Assembly: GCA_049964835.1 (NCBI GenBank)
Contig: JBMFWW010000005.1
Location: forward strand, 1-35,647
Length of the DNA stretch: 35,647 bases
Direction: 5' to 3'
From: Candidatus Micrarchaeia archaeon
GTDB lineage: Archaea; Micrarchaeota; Micrarchaeia; Micrarchaeales; CABMGC01
Position numbers and translations under genes: made by a program. This document shows, one piece after another, positions 27,854-35,647 of this stretch; position 1 is the first letter of the stretch; every line of letters begins with the position of its first letter. The notes below the pieces were generated by a model. The model saw nothing but the letters and a program-made list of their open reading frames with translations. It was not told the origin of the DNA and did no database searches.

Positions 27854-29083
27854 TTATTCAGCAAATAATGGTTTTATATGTAGTGGGCATAATGGCAAAT
27901 CATTGTTTATATTTTCTTTATAATTCAAAACAGATCCAGTACGACAGTAATCAAAATGCTCACATTTTTTACATACATTCGGTATACTTGCGTTTCTTAA
28001 CATTTCTAAATTTTTATTATTATTCCATAATTTGCTTATACCCTCTTGAAAGACATTGCCCAAAAAAGCTTTATTATGTGGTAAATCATATGTAGTGCTA
28101 TAAGTTGATCCGTCATACAAAATATGTAAAACTCTTCTAGTATCTATTGTTCCATATAAAATATTCGATAAGTTCTTATCATATTCTAGATCCATATCCT
28201 CATAAATCAGAAAAGGGAAATTTGTACGTGAAGTTATCTTAACATTATATTTTTTACCAATTATCATGGCTTTTTTAAGAATTTCTTTAAAATCCCAAAA
28301 ATCTATTCCATCTTTTTGGTTAATAGAACCAAAATCACTTTTACTCCAATGAAATAAAGTTATTGCTTTTATACCATTATCACACAAAAACTTTATAGTT
28401 TCTAATACTGAATCTTTATTATTTTTCGTAATTAAAGTTGTAACATGCGTTTTTAATCCCTTATTTATTACTCTGTCCAAAAAATTCAGTTCTTTATTTA
28501 GTGCTACGTTATTATTTACAATATCTGCATGTATTTTAGGCAAATGTGAGTGAAATGATAAACTAAATGATATATCATATTCAACTATCTTATTTATTAG
28601 ATTTTCATTATACATTGTTCCATTGCTTGATATTGAAATAATCAAATCTCTTTTATAAGCGATATCCAAAAGCCATCCCAAATCCCTATATAATAAGGGT
28701 TCGCCACCTAGAATAGATAAAGAAAAAATACCATTTTCAACTAATTCATTCATTATGCTAATAGCATTTTTTCTACTTAAGCCATTTATTTTATTATCTA
28801 ATCTATTCCCAATATAACAAAATTTACATCTTTCGTTACAAAATAATGTAGGATATAAATCTACTGTAGTTGGAGCTGAAAGTATATCACTTCTGAGAAT
28901 CTTGCTTTTTAGAAATTTAATTTCGGATGAATCAAAAAATTCATATTTATTATTTTTTGCTACTTCAACTCCCCTACTAAAATCTAAATTTTTATTAGTT
29001 TTATAAGTGTATATTTTATCCTATTTATTATCATAAAATAAATAACCAAAAAACTCCTTTCTAACAAATAATCTGTATACCAT
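27854..29083 (-). pseudogene. Radical SAM/SPASM peptide maturase with RRE-like N-terminus, interrupted by an in-frame TAG at 29021-29023 (codon 21)
   Basis: Frame extends upstream of the track ORF: MVYRLFVRKEFFGYLFYDNK*DKIYTY...LSAPTTVDLYPTLFCNERCKFCY (CxxxCxxC 28817-28840), GGEP, SSNG, C-terminal CKKCEHFDYC...CP. Confidence 0.85.
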
Positions 29084-29112
29084 AAATATCTAGTTGGTTA
29101 TTAATATGTTGT

Positions 29113-29247
29113 TTATTTTCTTTTGATTGGACTATAACTTGGCCACTTTTCTGATCTTGGCATACCAAATTGTTTACTATTCACGGCCTCTTCAATTTTT
29201 ATAACTGAAATTATCTTATTTTCAGTTACAATTTTTCTTAATTTCAT
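29113..29247 (-). CDS. 44-aa candidate RiPP precursor MKLRKIVTENKIISVIKIEEAVNSKQFGMPRSEKWPSYSPIKRK
   Basis: GGTGA SD at 29252-29256, ATG 29247, TAA 29113; ends 29 nt before the radical SAM start; absent from the ORF track. Confidence 0.75.
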   Translation of the reverse strand: MKLRKIVTENKIISVIKIEEAVNSKQFGMPRSEKWPSYSPIKRK

Positions 29248-29276
29248 TATTTCACCAATATTTATTATTCTTTCCT

Positions 29277-29290
29277 GTATAAATACTTTC
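29277..29290 (-). promoter_or_regulatory. BRE/TATA promoter for the peptide-rSAM unit
   Basis: Minus strand GAAAGTATTTATAC about 30 nt before ATG 29247; resembles the rpl15e promoter AAAGTATTTAAATA. Confidence 0.55.
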
Positions 29291-29407
29291 TACCATAATT
29301 ATTAGATTCTTTAGAAAAAAAAACAAAAAGTATTATACTAATTTAGAAATTTTCTAATTTAGTCAAATAAATATGTTGTTAGAGTAAATTACAAACTAAA
29401 TAGTTCT

Positions 29408-30322
29408 CTATGACAATTCAGAAAGCTTTTTCATATTCATTCCAAATTTTTCAGAAAGAAGGAAATTTAAAATATCCTTACATTCAAAAACATGTCCAGA
29501 ACCGATAACCAACGCAACACTCTTAGTTGTTTCAAGTTCCTTTAAAACTCGCTCTATAATATGGGTATTTCTATATGCTTCAAGATAAGCGCTAGCCTTG
29601 TTTATTGGATATTTAACACAATATGGAAATGGAACTGTAAGCTCTTCATAATTTTGTATATCAGAAAAACTCTTTCCAGTATTTTTAATATTATTATGCT
29701 CAATAAAAGTATTAATCCCTGCATCTATCTCTGGCGAATACTGTTTCATCAACTCTAAAAATTGGTTTTTGTAAGAGTATAGAGAACCATTTTCATTTAA
29801 AAACTCCCATTTAAGTACATCTAGTGTTTTTTCATAAACCTCTTCATTACTCTTATCTAACATATTGCCCTTAAAGTACCTATATATGCTTACAAAGTTC
29901 CAATAAACTCCAAGCTCAATTCCTGTATACTGCTTTTTGTCATATTCCGAAAGTATTTTCAAATAAGTGGCTCTTGAAAGATTAATTCCAAGAACCGTTG
30001 ATTCAAATAAAAAGGACAACCTAGCTCCTATACCTACCTCATCCCCCTGAGCTACTAATTTTTCTATTCTGCTCTGTGGCGTGTTCTCATCAATCTCAAG
30101 AAATGTAGTTTTAGGCCGAAATCTTTTGAATACGCTTGAAAATGCATCTATAGTATCTCCAGTTAGCTGCTGGTGTCTATGGCCTAAGAACAAAAACGTT
30201 TTTTCATTATTATAATAAAGTACACTGTTATCTAAAAATAACTCTTTTTGTGTCATGATTTTATAGTTGGTCTTTGGTATATGCTTGTATATAAGGTATT
30301 CATAAAATTCTTCTGGCGCCAT
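29408..30322 (-). CDS. Hypothetical protein, TraB/Tiki/EreA-like fold suspected
   Basis: FLGHRH, RPKTTFLE, RNTHII...ALVIGSGH match the H/E/RN/GxxH pattern of that superfamily. Confidence 0.5.
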   Translation of the reverse strand: MAPEEFYEYLIYKHIPKTNYKIMTQKELFLDNSVLYYNNEKTFLFLGHRHQQLTGDTIDAFSSVFKRFRPKTTFLEIDENTPQSRIEKLVAQGDEVGIGARLSFLFESTVLGINLSRATYLKILSEYDKKQYTGIELGVYWNFVSIYRYFKGNMLDKSNEEVYEKTLDVLKWEFLNENGSLYSYKNQFLELMKQYSPEIDAGINTFIEHNNIKNTGKSFSDIQNYEELTVPFPYCVKYPINKASAYLEAYRNTHIIERVLKELETTKSVALVIGSGHVFECKDILNFLLSEKFGMNMKKLSELS

Positions 30323-30431
30323 AAGTATTACTTTATCATTACTAAAAATATTAAAATATAAGTTAGTTTATCAATATATCCCATTAAAACAAAAGGTATA
30401 TATTCTTATCCTTAAAAACATTATTGGGGAC

Positions 30432-30800
30432 AAGTTTCAATTTCCAAAAGAAAAAGAGGTAGATTCTATGTTAAAACGATGTTTTTATTGGTATCCTACA
30501 AAAATGATCAAATATTTAAATTTTTGGCTTAAAAATAATAAAGTAATATCTTTTAATAGAATACCGCAATATATTTCATCTTTAAATGCTGGAATTAAAC
30601 AATTAAAAGATAAAAATTATCATATTTTCTATGTGGATGTCTCTTTAAATGAAATTAAAAAAGCTGGATTTACGACAGGCAAGGTAATCATTCCAGAATT
30701 ACAACCTTTATACCTTGCTGAAGAATCAAAAATGCTTTATAGTATACATGGTGGAAATATTAAACCCGATAAAAATCTTAAACCACAACCGTTTTGTTAA
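30432..30800 (+). pseudogene. C-terminal fragment of a YcaO-family cyclodehydratase
   Basis: YVDVSLNEIKKAGFTTGKVIIPELQPL and Pro-rich end KPQPFC; only about 110-120 aa; N-terminal ATP-binding part absent. Confidence 0.8.
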
Positions 30801-30811
30801 AAGTGTTTATT

Positions 30812-31513
30812 ATGTTAAAAGACGTTGAGGAATTTTATAAAAAAACTAAACTTACTGAAATATCTCTTCCTAAAGGTAAAGCACCAATAGAATATATTCA
30901 TGTATTCCATAAAGAATATCCAAGATTTTATTCTATAAAATTACCACGCAGTTCAAAAGGCGGTGAGTATAATAAATTATTAAATACACGAAAATCTGTC
31001 AGACTTTTTTCAAATAAATTTATTTCAATTCAAACATTGGCAAATATTTTTAAATCATGTGCAATTATAAAAAACAATCCTGAGAGAAGGTGTTATCCTT
31101 CAGCAGGTGTAAGGTTTCCAATAGAAATATATCTGGTAGCGTTCAGAATAAAAAATTTAAAACCAGGAGCATACCATCTAAATATTAAAAAATTTTCATT
31201 AGAGTTGTTATTAAAAACTAATTTAAGAAAATATGAACAGGAATTAGTATCTCCTTTCCTAAATAATACCGCAGGTATTATAATATTGACATCAGCAATA
31301 TCACGTTCTGAAGTTAAATATGGATATAAATCATATCCGTTTTCATTATTAGAAGCCGGACATATAAGTCAAAATATATTACTTTCTTGTACTAAATATA
31401 ATGTAGGTAGTTGTCCAGTAGGTTGATTTATAAATGATACTATTACAAAAATTTTAGATCTAACTGACGATGAGATTCCGTTAGAAACCATAGGTTTTGG
31501 ATATTCAATATAA
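30812..31513 (+). pseudogene. SagB/McbC-type azoline dehydrogenase with in-frame TGA at 31424-31426
   Basis: RKSVR, RCYPSAG, KYGYKSY, LEAGHISQN; after GSCPVG* the frame continues FINDTITKILDLTDDEIPLETIGFGYSI to TAA 31513. Confidence 0.85.
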
Positions 31514-31528
31514 AGTTTAGGTATAAAA

Positions 31529-32770
31529 ATGAAAAATATAGTAATTAATTCAGATAAAATGTTTGATGGATACAAAATAACTGACAATGTTTCGATATTA
31601 ATAATTGATGGTATAATAACTAAGATAGGTAAAAGAGGTGAATTTAAAGGGAAAACATTAAATACTAAATTTATACTTCCTGGATTAATCGACATGCATA
31701 TACATTTGAGTACTTACGGTGGTTTGTATTATAAAAGTATAAAACTTATTCCTTATTTTAATAAAATGTTAATTTATAATGGCATAACTACAGTTAGAGA
31801 TTTAGGCAATTCTTTAAATAATGTTTATAATTTTGAACATTACGATGAACTTAAACCCAAAATTTTTTATTCTTTATTTTTAGATAGCGATAAACCATTA
31901 TGGAGTATGTCATTTATTATAAAAAATAAAAAACAAATACCTGAATTAATAAAAATGTACAGTGAAACAGGAATTAAATGGGTTAAAGCTTATCGAGGTA
32001 TTAATCCAAAAATATTAAAAGAAATTATAAAAGAAGCACATCATAGAGGGCTTAAAGTTGCAGGGGATTTATTAACTACAAAACCAATAGATGCAATTAA
32101 TATGAACATAGATACATTAGAACATGTTGTGATGTTAATAAATGAAACATATGGAAACAAAGATAAATCAATAGAAAAAATATATAAAAAATGGGCTAGT
32201 ATAAATTTGAATTCTAAAAGTATTGAAAAACTTATTAATAATTTAGTTATAAGTAAGACAGTACTATGTCCTACGTTAATTTTAAGCCAAATGGAATTGT
32301 TTCCTTCGTTAAAGTATTCAGAATATTTAAAAATCTTATTTCCATTAGATAAAATTTATACAAATAAAAAGACTAAGAATAATTTTAGTAAGATTAACTA
32401 TAGTGTTAGAAAAAACGCATTTAAAAATATGCTGAAATTAATTAAGAAGCTAAATGAAAACGGAGTAAAATTAATATCTGGAACTGATTCTGGAAATCCG
32501 TATATTGCCCCAGGTTTTTCAATGCATCAAGAACTAAAATTATTAGTAAATTGTGGTTTAACCCCAATCGAAGCATTAAAATGTGCAACAACTAATGCCG
32601 CTGCTGTTCTTGGAAATGAAAAAATAGGACAGATAAAAGATGGTTATAAAGCAGATATTATACTTTTAACAAAAGATGTTGAATATAATATAGCCAATAT
32701 AGATAAAATATCACATGTTATTTTAGATGGAAAAATTAAGAAGATTAATATTAAAAATCTTAGAAAATAG
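31529..32770 (+). CDS. Amidohydrolase-superfamily protein
   Basis: PGLIDMHIH, GITTVRDLG, WVKAY, LEH, GTDSG, ATTNAA, GYKAD. Confidence 0.9.
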   Translation: MKNIVINSDKMFDGYKITDNVSILIIDGIITKIGKRGEFKGKTLNTKFILPGLIDMHIHLSTYGGLYYKSIKLIPYFNKMLIYNGITTVRDLGNSLNNVYNFEHYDELKPKIFYSLFLDSDKPLWSMSFIIKNKKQIPELIKMYSETGIKWVKAYRGINPKILKEIIKEAHHRGLKVAGDLLTTKPIDAINMNIDTLEHVVMLINETYGNKDKSIEKIYKKWASINLNSKSIEKLINNLVISKTVLCPTLILSQMELFPSLKYSEYLKILFPLDKIYTNKKTKNNFSKINYSVRKNAFKNMLKLIKKLNENGVKLISGTDSGNPYIAPGFSMHQELKLLVNCGLTPIEALKCATTNAAAVLGNEKIGQIKDGYKADIILLTKDVEYNIANIDKISHVILDGKIKKINIKNLRK

Positions 32771-33220
32771 GAACTTGACAAATTAAATATCTTTGTGTTT
32801 ATAGTATTTTGTGGAATTTCTCTTCTCTTTTTGTCGTCGTAAGACGATTTACCGTTAGGCTCCTGAGCAACAGATACAACGAGTGCATCGGTCGCCTGCC
32901 AGGAGATGTATAAAATGAAATTATATGAGTCAAAGAATAAAATACTAGAGATTTGGGCAACAGCCCGGGTTATAGTCCAGAAATATGGGCATAGAAAGAA
33001 GTTTGCAAAGCATATTGTTGCATTTGTAATTAAACAAATGAAACATTTTACAGATGAGGAGCTTGCAGACTTTTTACTTGTGGATAAGATTGGTAAAATA
33101 TTAGGATATAAAAAGAGACCGCACGCATCAGTATTTTCCAAGGTTAGAAAAAGGTCTGATCCCAAAATTTTTGAGGATATGTATAATTGGTTTCTAAAAG
33201 AAAAGTATGTAGGAAGGCAG
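32771..33220 (+). mobile_element. Truncated IS remnant (IS4/IS5-like transposase N-terminal region; DDE domain missing)
   Basis: EELADFL...ILGYKKRPHASVFSKVRKR resembles a transposase N-terminal HTH region; GAACTTGACAAA directly after the amidohydrolase stop is a possible left end. Confidence 0.6.
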
Positions 33221-33400
33221 ATAAAAATAAGAGTAGAAAAAGATAAGGCCTTTGTACAAGATCTAAGAACCAATATGATATTTTTAACTACCGCGGATGT
33301 TGCAAAACGAATAAACATCATTTTAAATAAGACCTTTGAAGAGGCTTCTCGCTCCGATCCTGATATTCTTAAGTTATTTGAATACAGAAAAAGTGCGTAA
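32906..33400 (+). CDS. Chimeric ORF: transposase N-terminus fused in frame to an RRE/PqqD-like segment
   Basis: C-terminal 59 aa IKIRVEKDKAFVQDLRTNMIFLTTADVAKRI...; stop lies 1 nt before the rSAM ATG. Confidence 0.5.
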   Translation: MYKMKLYESKNKILEIWATARVIVQKYGHRKKFAKHIVAFVIKQMKHFTDEELADFLLVDKIGKILGYKKRPHASVFSKVRKRSDPKIFEDMYNWFLKEKYVGRQIKIRVEKDKAFVQDLRTNMIFLTTADVAKRINIILNKTFEEASRSDPDILKLFEYRKSA

Positions 33401-33401
33401 C

Positions 33402-34442
33402 ATGGAAAGGGTATATCCTGATTTTCCATTTAGGGTAGAGTTTGAAGTAACCAGTGTTTGCAATCTTGATTGTAAGTACTGTTATGCAAAACCGTTTACA
33501 TGGAAAACGCCTTCATTTGAAAATATAGAGTATCTCTTTAAAAAAACAAAAGAGGAAGCAGATCCTTTTGAGACTGTGCTTGTAGGCGGAGAGCCATTTA
33601 TAAGAACAGATATGGTTTCATTAATTGAACTTGCAAATAATGTATTCAGAAGAGGCGTTCAAATAAGTACTAATGGAACATTGTTATCAAGGCTTGATAA
33701 AAAGCAGCTCATACGCTTAAAGGATGCAGTAAATGATGGGGTTTCACTGCAGGTATCTATAGATAGTTTAAATCCAAGTATAAATGACATTACCAGAGGA
33801 AAGACCAAAGAGTCAATAGACGGCATAAATACACTTGAAAAGAGCGGCATACCCTTCTCCGTAGGGATAGTATTTACAAATGTAAATTCTAATGATATAG
33901 TTGCAACAACTTCTAAACTCATAAAAGAATACTCATATTTAGTTTCGTTAAATCTAGAGCCTCTCCAGCCAACTTCTATACTGGGCGCTGAGTACTTTGA
34001 ATTAAAGCAGGAAAGCACCGAAATGAGACGACTCTTTAATTTAGTTAATGGTATTATTAAAGTTCATGGGAGGGACGAATTAAAACTTTATGGTATAGTA
34101 GAGGACTGCTCTGAATCTGTAAAGTTTGAGACGCCTGTTCTTGACAAATACGCATTTAAAACCTGCACCGCTGGCCTTGTTAGAGCTGCAGTTTTTGTTG
34201 ATGGTTCAGTTACTCCTTGTTCATTAATACGTGATATAAAAATTGGAAATCTATATACAGATTCATGGGTAGGTATATGGCAGCGTTCCAGAGAAAGATT
34301 TGAGTCTATAAAAGATAGTGGTGTAAGCCAGTGTGCAATAAATCTTCTCCATGAGTCTAAAAGAAATGATAGCTCATTTGTATCACTTGCGGAGGTTGTT
34401 GAAAGAATAGAAAAAAGAAAAAGTAGAGTTCTTTCAAAGTAA
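33402..34442 (+). CDS. Radical SAM protein with SPASM/twitch domain
   Basis: CNLDCKYC, GGEP, STNG, QVSID, CTAG...DGSVTPC...IGNL; ATG 33402 preferred over TTG 33336. Confidence 0.9.
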   Translation: MERVYPDFPFRVEFEVTSVCNLDCKYCYAKPFTWKTPSFENIEYLFKKTKEEADPFETVLVGGEPFIRTDMVSLIELANNVFRRGVQISTNGTLLSRLDKKQLIRLKDAVNDGVSLQVSIDSLNPSINDITRGKTKESIDGINTLEKSGIPFSVGIVFTNVNSNDIVATTSKLIKEYSYLVSLNLEPLQPTSILGAEYFELKQESTEMRRLFNLVNGIIKVHGRDELKLYGIVEDCSESVKFETPVLDKYAFKTCTAGLVRAAVFVDGSVTPCSLIRDIKIGNLYTDSWVGIWQRSRERFESIKDSGVSQCAINLLHESKRNDSSFVSLAEVVERIEKRKSRVLSK

Positions 34443-34493
34443 GAGAAGCATAGAAAAATATTTATGTATAAGTAGCAATTCAATACTGTTATA

Positions 34494-35237
34494 TTGGTGT
34501 TATTTTTGAGCGTAAAAAAGGTTAAGGATGATACACTTGTTTTACAAGGCCATGAAAAACATTCAACAACAAATATTCTATCTGATTTCATATTGGGGAG
34601 CCAGGATGGCCTTGTAAATGTTCTTGGAATAATTCTTGGCATTTCAGCTGCAACAAGCGATATAAGACTTATCTTTGTTGCTGGACTCGCGGCATTAGGT
34701 GCAGAATCAATCTCTATGGGTGCAGTAGCCTATACATCGACTCTTGCAAGGCGTAAGTATTATCTAAAGGAGCGCGAACGTGAGCTAAGTGAAATGAAAA
34801 GTGTTCCAAAAACCGAGAAGGCTGAGATACGCAATATATTAAAGGAATGGGGCTACTCTGGAAAGAATCTTGATAGCATGACAAATAAGATAGTAGCAAA
34901 TCCAAAAGCCATGCTTGAGTTTATGATGTCCTTTGAGCTTAAGCTTTCACCAGTTTCAAAACATCAACCATTGCGCAGCTTCGGAATAGTCTTTGCTGCT
35001 ACGATTCTGGGCTCTATAATTCCATTGATTCCATTCTTTTTCATAAATAACATACATACTGGAGCTATACTCTCGTTAATATTAAGCGGCATAGTGCTTT
35101 TTGGAATAGGATATTATGAAGCAAAGAAAACGATAGGCTCTCTATGGAGAAATGGCATGCAGATGTTAATAATAGGCCTTTTGGCAGGTATAGCCGGTTA
35201 CTTAATAGGCTACTTCGTAGGAGCCGTGCCTATATAA
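34494..35237 (+). CDS. VIT1/CCC1 family metal transporter (start probably TTG 34506)
   Basis: DFILGSQDGLV, AESISMG, ERERE, GSIIPLIPF. Confidence 0.92.
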   Translation: MVLFLSVKKVKDDTLVLQGHEKHSTTNILSDFILGSQDGLVNVLGIILGISAATSDIRLIFVAGLAALGAESISMGAVAYTSTLARRKYYLKERERELSEMKSVPKTEKAEIRNILKEWGYSGKNLDSMTNKIVANPKAMLEFMMSFELKLSPVSKHQPLRSFGIVFAATILGSIIPLIPFFFINNIHTGAILSLILSGIVLFGIGYYEAKKTIGSLWRNGMQMLIIGLLAGIAGYLIGYFVGAVPI

Positions 35238-35319
35238 TTAGAAAATAAATTAATCTATGTACTCTATGGGATTAAAATTGAGTATTAAAACCGATTAATT
35301 ATATTATTTAATCTCAGTA

Positions 35320-35647
35320 CTATTTTTTTAACTTATTCAATTCAGGATCTATCTTCATATACACCATTGTCCATTCAAATCCAAGTTTTTCAAATATTTT
35401 CCTATTTTTCTTTGTGGTTACAAGTTCCACATACTTTCTTTTTTTGCACCAATACTCTGTAAACATCTGAACTAAAAGCCTAGCAACTCCTTTTCTTCTG
35501 TATTTTTTAAGAACGTATATATTTTCAAGAAATAGGTTCTTAAACTTGCCATATCTTCTAATATTAAGTTCTCCTTGTATATAATCTACTATTTTTCCAT
35601 CGCCATTGAATTTGTTTACCTTATACCTTTTTTCTATCAATTTTTCC
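35320..35647 (-). CDS. GNAT acetyltransferase, probably 5'-partial at the window edge
   Basis: LENIYVLKKYRRKGVARLLV, FEKLGF; frame open to the window end. Confidence 0.8.
   Translation of the reverse strand, partial: EKLIEKRYKVNKFNGDGKIVDYIQGELNIRRYGKFKNLFLENIYVLKKYRRKGVARLLVQMFTEYWCKKRKYVELVTTKKNRKIFEKLGFEWTMVYMKIDPELNKLKK

Noticed and set aside
29128..29145. PSYSP similarity to the RNA polymerase II CTD heptad
   Set aside because: A single partial match, likely chance; the gene context points to a RiPP core
29021..31426. Alternative genetic code explaining the internal TAG and TGA
   Set aside because: Two different stop codons are involved, both end normal genes in this window, and neighbouring truncations indicate decay
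32644..33429. 261-aa minus-strand ORF
   Set aside because: Overlaps three better-supported plus-strand features and has no recognisable motif
32771..35647. Complete IS with paired terminal inverted repeats
   Set aside because: No reverse complement of GAACTTGACAAA was found by eye and the DDE domain is missing
1..35647. tRNA, rRNA or CRISPR arrays
   Set aside because: None recognised; intergenic regions are short and AT-rich apart from the three structured segments reported

Overview
AT-rich archaeal scaffold containing four N-gaps. It is most consistent with a DPANN archaeon of the Micrarchaeota type, inferred from the class III signal peptide pilin, TTTAAATA promoters and GGTGA Shine-Dalgarno (SD) sites. 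The left part holds a pilin/beta-propeller gene and a ribosomal operon (eL15, Pcc1-like, uL3, uL4, uL23, uL2, uS19, uL22, uS3, uL29, aIF1) behind a structured leader. Next come nth, a putative sulfation module (AlkP-superfamily enzyme, GT4, CysN, CysD, RHH), class 2 PyrD, a chimeric ThrRS, short XPF, DUF47, an IS200/IS605 right-end remnant, a 1549-aa surface protein, Toprim and DnaG. The right part (about 25.8-34.4 kb) is an accessory island of RiPP-related genes. Its highlight is a 44-aa peptide missed by the ORF track (core ...KWPSYSPIKRK), with its own archaeal promoter and SD. It sits directly upstream of a radical SAM/SPASM gene, whose true N-terminus and CxxxCxxC motif are hidden behind an in-frame TAG, and then an S9 oligopeptidase. 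A decayed YcaO/SagB/amidohydrolase module and a transposase::RRE-like fusion ahead of a second radical SAM gene follow. All family calls come from motif recognition by eye; no searches were run.
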